Shown: piece after piece, positions 61,177 to 64,000 of the stretch
Position numbering within the stretch: position 1 is the stretch's first letter
Layout: every line of letters begins with the position of its first letter
NCBI GenBank assembly: GCA_025603075.1
Contig: MU626273.1
Location: 129,479-193,478, forward strand
Source: Neoconidiobolus thromboides FSU 785
Lineage: Eukaryota > Fungi > Entomophthoromycota
DNA: 64,000 nt
Reading direction: 5' to 3'
Program-made: the position numbers and the translations under genes
Notes under the pieces: model-generated
What the model was told of the DNA's origin: nothing
Databases searched by the model: none
What the model saw: only the letters and a program-made list of their open reading frames with translations

Positions 61177-62354
61177 ATGGACCCTAGTGTTAAAGAAAAT
61201 CTTGTGAAATCTTCCAATGCTTTTAACTCAATCAGTTTGATCTCGTCCTTTTTGGTCTTAGCCTCGTTTTCAATAGTCGGTAATTAACCTTTAGTTATTT
61301 AATGGTAGCGATTTAATTTTATCAGCTTTATATAGGCCAAGGTTAATTAATAGAACTACTTTACGCTTACAAGCAGCCATTTCTCTGTTTGATTTCTTAA
61401 ATGCTTTCTTTGCTCTTTTCCATCATTCAGTAAAATCCGGTAGTTTTTGTACATTTATTGGATTCTGGCGTAACTTTGGTGAACAGATGTACTGTTTATT
61501 AAACATAATGATTGCCTTAAACCTTCAACTAATATTTTTACATAATAAAATGCCTAATAAGGGATGGGAAATTACCTATTGGGCCTCTTCCCTCTTGGTA
61601 GCATTCATTTTAAGTATTGTTCCTTTAGGTAACATTTATTCAATTATATTATTATTGTTTTAACGTAGCTAGGGTTGGGTTTTTATGGCGTTGGAGCAAG
61701 CGGTTTATGCTATATTGATGAAAGACTTCCTGGTGCTAGCACTATGATCTTTGTTGATACTTCATTGTTCTATTTATTGACTTTTGTGTATGTTTTAGTA
61801 ATAGCCGTTTTAGTGATTGGCAAGTTATCTAAGACTGAAAGCACCATTCAACTTATAACACGACATGATGACAATGCTGAGGTTAATAGTAAGATTAACT
61901 CAAGCCTTAGAAAACTAATCTTCAGAATGTAAGTTTCAGTCATTTGTTTAAGAACTATGCTCATTATTTTAGCTCTTTATATCCATTAGCATGTCTCTTC
62001 GGGCTTTCTGGTTTTATTGTCGGATATATTATAACCCTCAGCGGAGCTAAAAATCCCCTTGGTGTTACAGTTTGGGGCATGGTGGGTATTACCACCAAAG
62101 GCCTTATCAATATGATCACCTTTTTCCTTGATCCTACATTTCAAGAGGCTATTAAAGCTACATACTATAGCTTCAGAAACAAGGGGCTAGATCAAAGCTC
62201 GAAATTTGATACTGAAGCAAACAATCACCACGAGTTAAATTCCGCTTTTACCATTAGTGAAAACGGGGATAAAATTTTAGAACCAAGTGGTAAATTTAAC
62301 GTTTATTCCCAAAATGACGCCTTTGGTCCTGAGGACTTAAAAAGATTTCTATAA
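61177..62354 (+). CDS. 7TM receptor B, paralog of A; join(61177..61279,61326..61628,61673..61928,61973..62354)
   Basis: LINRTTLRLQAAISLFDFLNA, FCTFIGFWRNFGEQ, YG....LCY, YPLACLFG, GITTKGLIN; intron positions match A. Confidence 0.82.
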
Positions 62355-63423
62355 TATCCTTGCTAGTCAATTTAAATAAATATATTAAGAGTAGAAAGCG
62401 ATCTTTTTATCATTTATGTTAACTCATTGACTCAAATTTTTATAACTAAGCAGATGTTTGGATTGTTTTAAACATCCACTTACTTACCAATGTTTTGGCT
62501 ATAATATACTATGGAGTTAATTCCTTAGCTAAATATTGATACATACATTTCAAGTCTATACATACTAAGTGTATAATGATCTCTTCACTTGAATACAATA
62601 CGGTGAACGTAATTTAATTAGATCAGAGTGTTAAAAAATCTGGGAAAAAAGTTTAGCCAAAGCTTGAAGTTTTTCAATTATAATATAAAAAGCCCTAAAA
62701 CAAAGGTGACTATTTATATTTTGATAAATAACAAACATACAGGCGTTTCACTTTTTTCCTTCTAAGAATGTATTTTTTTTGTTAAATATTCGCACATTTA
62801 ATTTCCACTATTAAACTATTTGCGATCTTTTACCCGTGAAAAGCACTATAAAACCCCTACTATTCAAATTATACGCTATATGGCTTAATTCCCATATTCA
62901 TAAATAGCTTAAGATTTACTATAATAGATTTTTCATGTCATTCTACCTTCTTTTATTATTTGGTAAAATAGAACCTTACGATGATTCAAAATATTTATTT
63001 GTCTACATCATATTTCAATTTTAGATTCAAGTAGTAGAACTTAAGATCACGCTTGTGATAACGGATATCTAAGTATAGCCAATACGTTTTACACGAAAAC
63101 ACTATCACTACTTTAAAAAGAGTAAAGTCAAATGAAGCGAATAATACCTTTAGGATCTGTAGAACATTTTACTGTTTTTAGTCATTCTTAAAGTTATCTA
63201 TAGTATAGGTATTAGTTGATTAAAAATCCGCCATTATCGTAGCACATTAAAAGTACTATTGATAAAATAGGTAGTTAATAAAAATTTAAAAATAACTTTT
63301 TTTCACATTGTTGTTTTATTTGTTTACTCGAAAATGAGTATAGCATTAATAAATTCAACTTTTTTGTATGGCTGCTAGCTTATTTTCACCAACACCTATA
63401 AACATCACATAAAACATATAATT

Positions 63424-64000
63424 TTATACTTCTGGAGTCGGATTAGATCTTATACTCTTCAGTAATACGCCTTTTCTTATTTTCTTGTAAAGCTCTACTG
63501 AAGCTTTTTGTATTTTAAGATCAAGAAAGAAAGTAATCATACTAAAGAATCCCTTGGTAGTGATACCTACCATTCCCCATATAATAATTGCTCTCGATCT
63601 TTGGTACCCTAAAGAAACCATAAAGTAACCTACAATGAATCCAGAAAGCCCTAAGGCACATGTAATTGGATATAAAGAACTAAAAGAGTTAGTAAGTTAT
63701 TCTTATAATATAAAAAAATCTACATTCTAAATAACATCTTTCTAATTCTTGGGGAATAAAACCCATTTGAAGATAAGGTGTTATTAGAAGCCAAGGAATT
63801 CAAATAGATCTGCGCTTTAACTAATTTACAATGTACCGTTACAGCAATGACCAAAAGATAAACAAATGTTAGCATATAAACTAAGGGCACTTCAATAAAT
63901 ATTAATATATTGGAATATTGAAGTTGTTCATTGATATAACATAGACCATCTCTATTTAGCCCATATCTATCCATAACTATAAATTATAAAAGTGTAAATA
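63424..64000 (-). CDS. 7TM receptor C, paralog, 5' part outside the window
   Basis: YGLNRDGLCY...FRM|..YPIT.....WGMVGITTKGFFS, homologous to A and B. Confidence 0.78.

Overview
About 64 kb of very AT-rich, gene-dense fungal nuclear DNA with short (~44-60 nt) GT-AG introns. Fungal origin rests on Sec72, Mgm1, Did2, Ade4, Tma46 and hybrid histidine kinases; an early-diverging lineage is likely but is inference only. Conserved genes: CUL3 (partial), PTR2, an SSXT/SS18-like protein, two paralogous PAS-HisKA-HATPase-REC kinases, DID2, ADE4, MGM1, a secreted class-3 lipase, SEC72, an F-box/JmjC protein, TMA46, TAF2 fused to six bromodomain-like units, at least three paralogous 7TM receptors and three tRNA genes (Phe, His x2). 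Most interesting: (i) a 5-14 kb accessory block with three small secreted proteins that look like Kex2-processed precursors of cationic amphipathic (AMP/cytolysin-like) peptides, beside a secreted His/Asp/Tyr/Gly/Lys tandem-repeat protein; (ii) a ~95-bp MITE family (15 near-full copies plus a half copy) with GGGG...CCCC ends and 4-bp WWAT target-site duplications, often in pairs; (iii) a secreted 2H phosphoesterase flanked by a Q/N prion-like helical-repeat protein and an ankyrin-DysF protein. No database searches were run, so novelty is unverified throughout.
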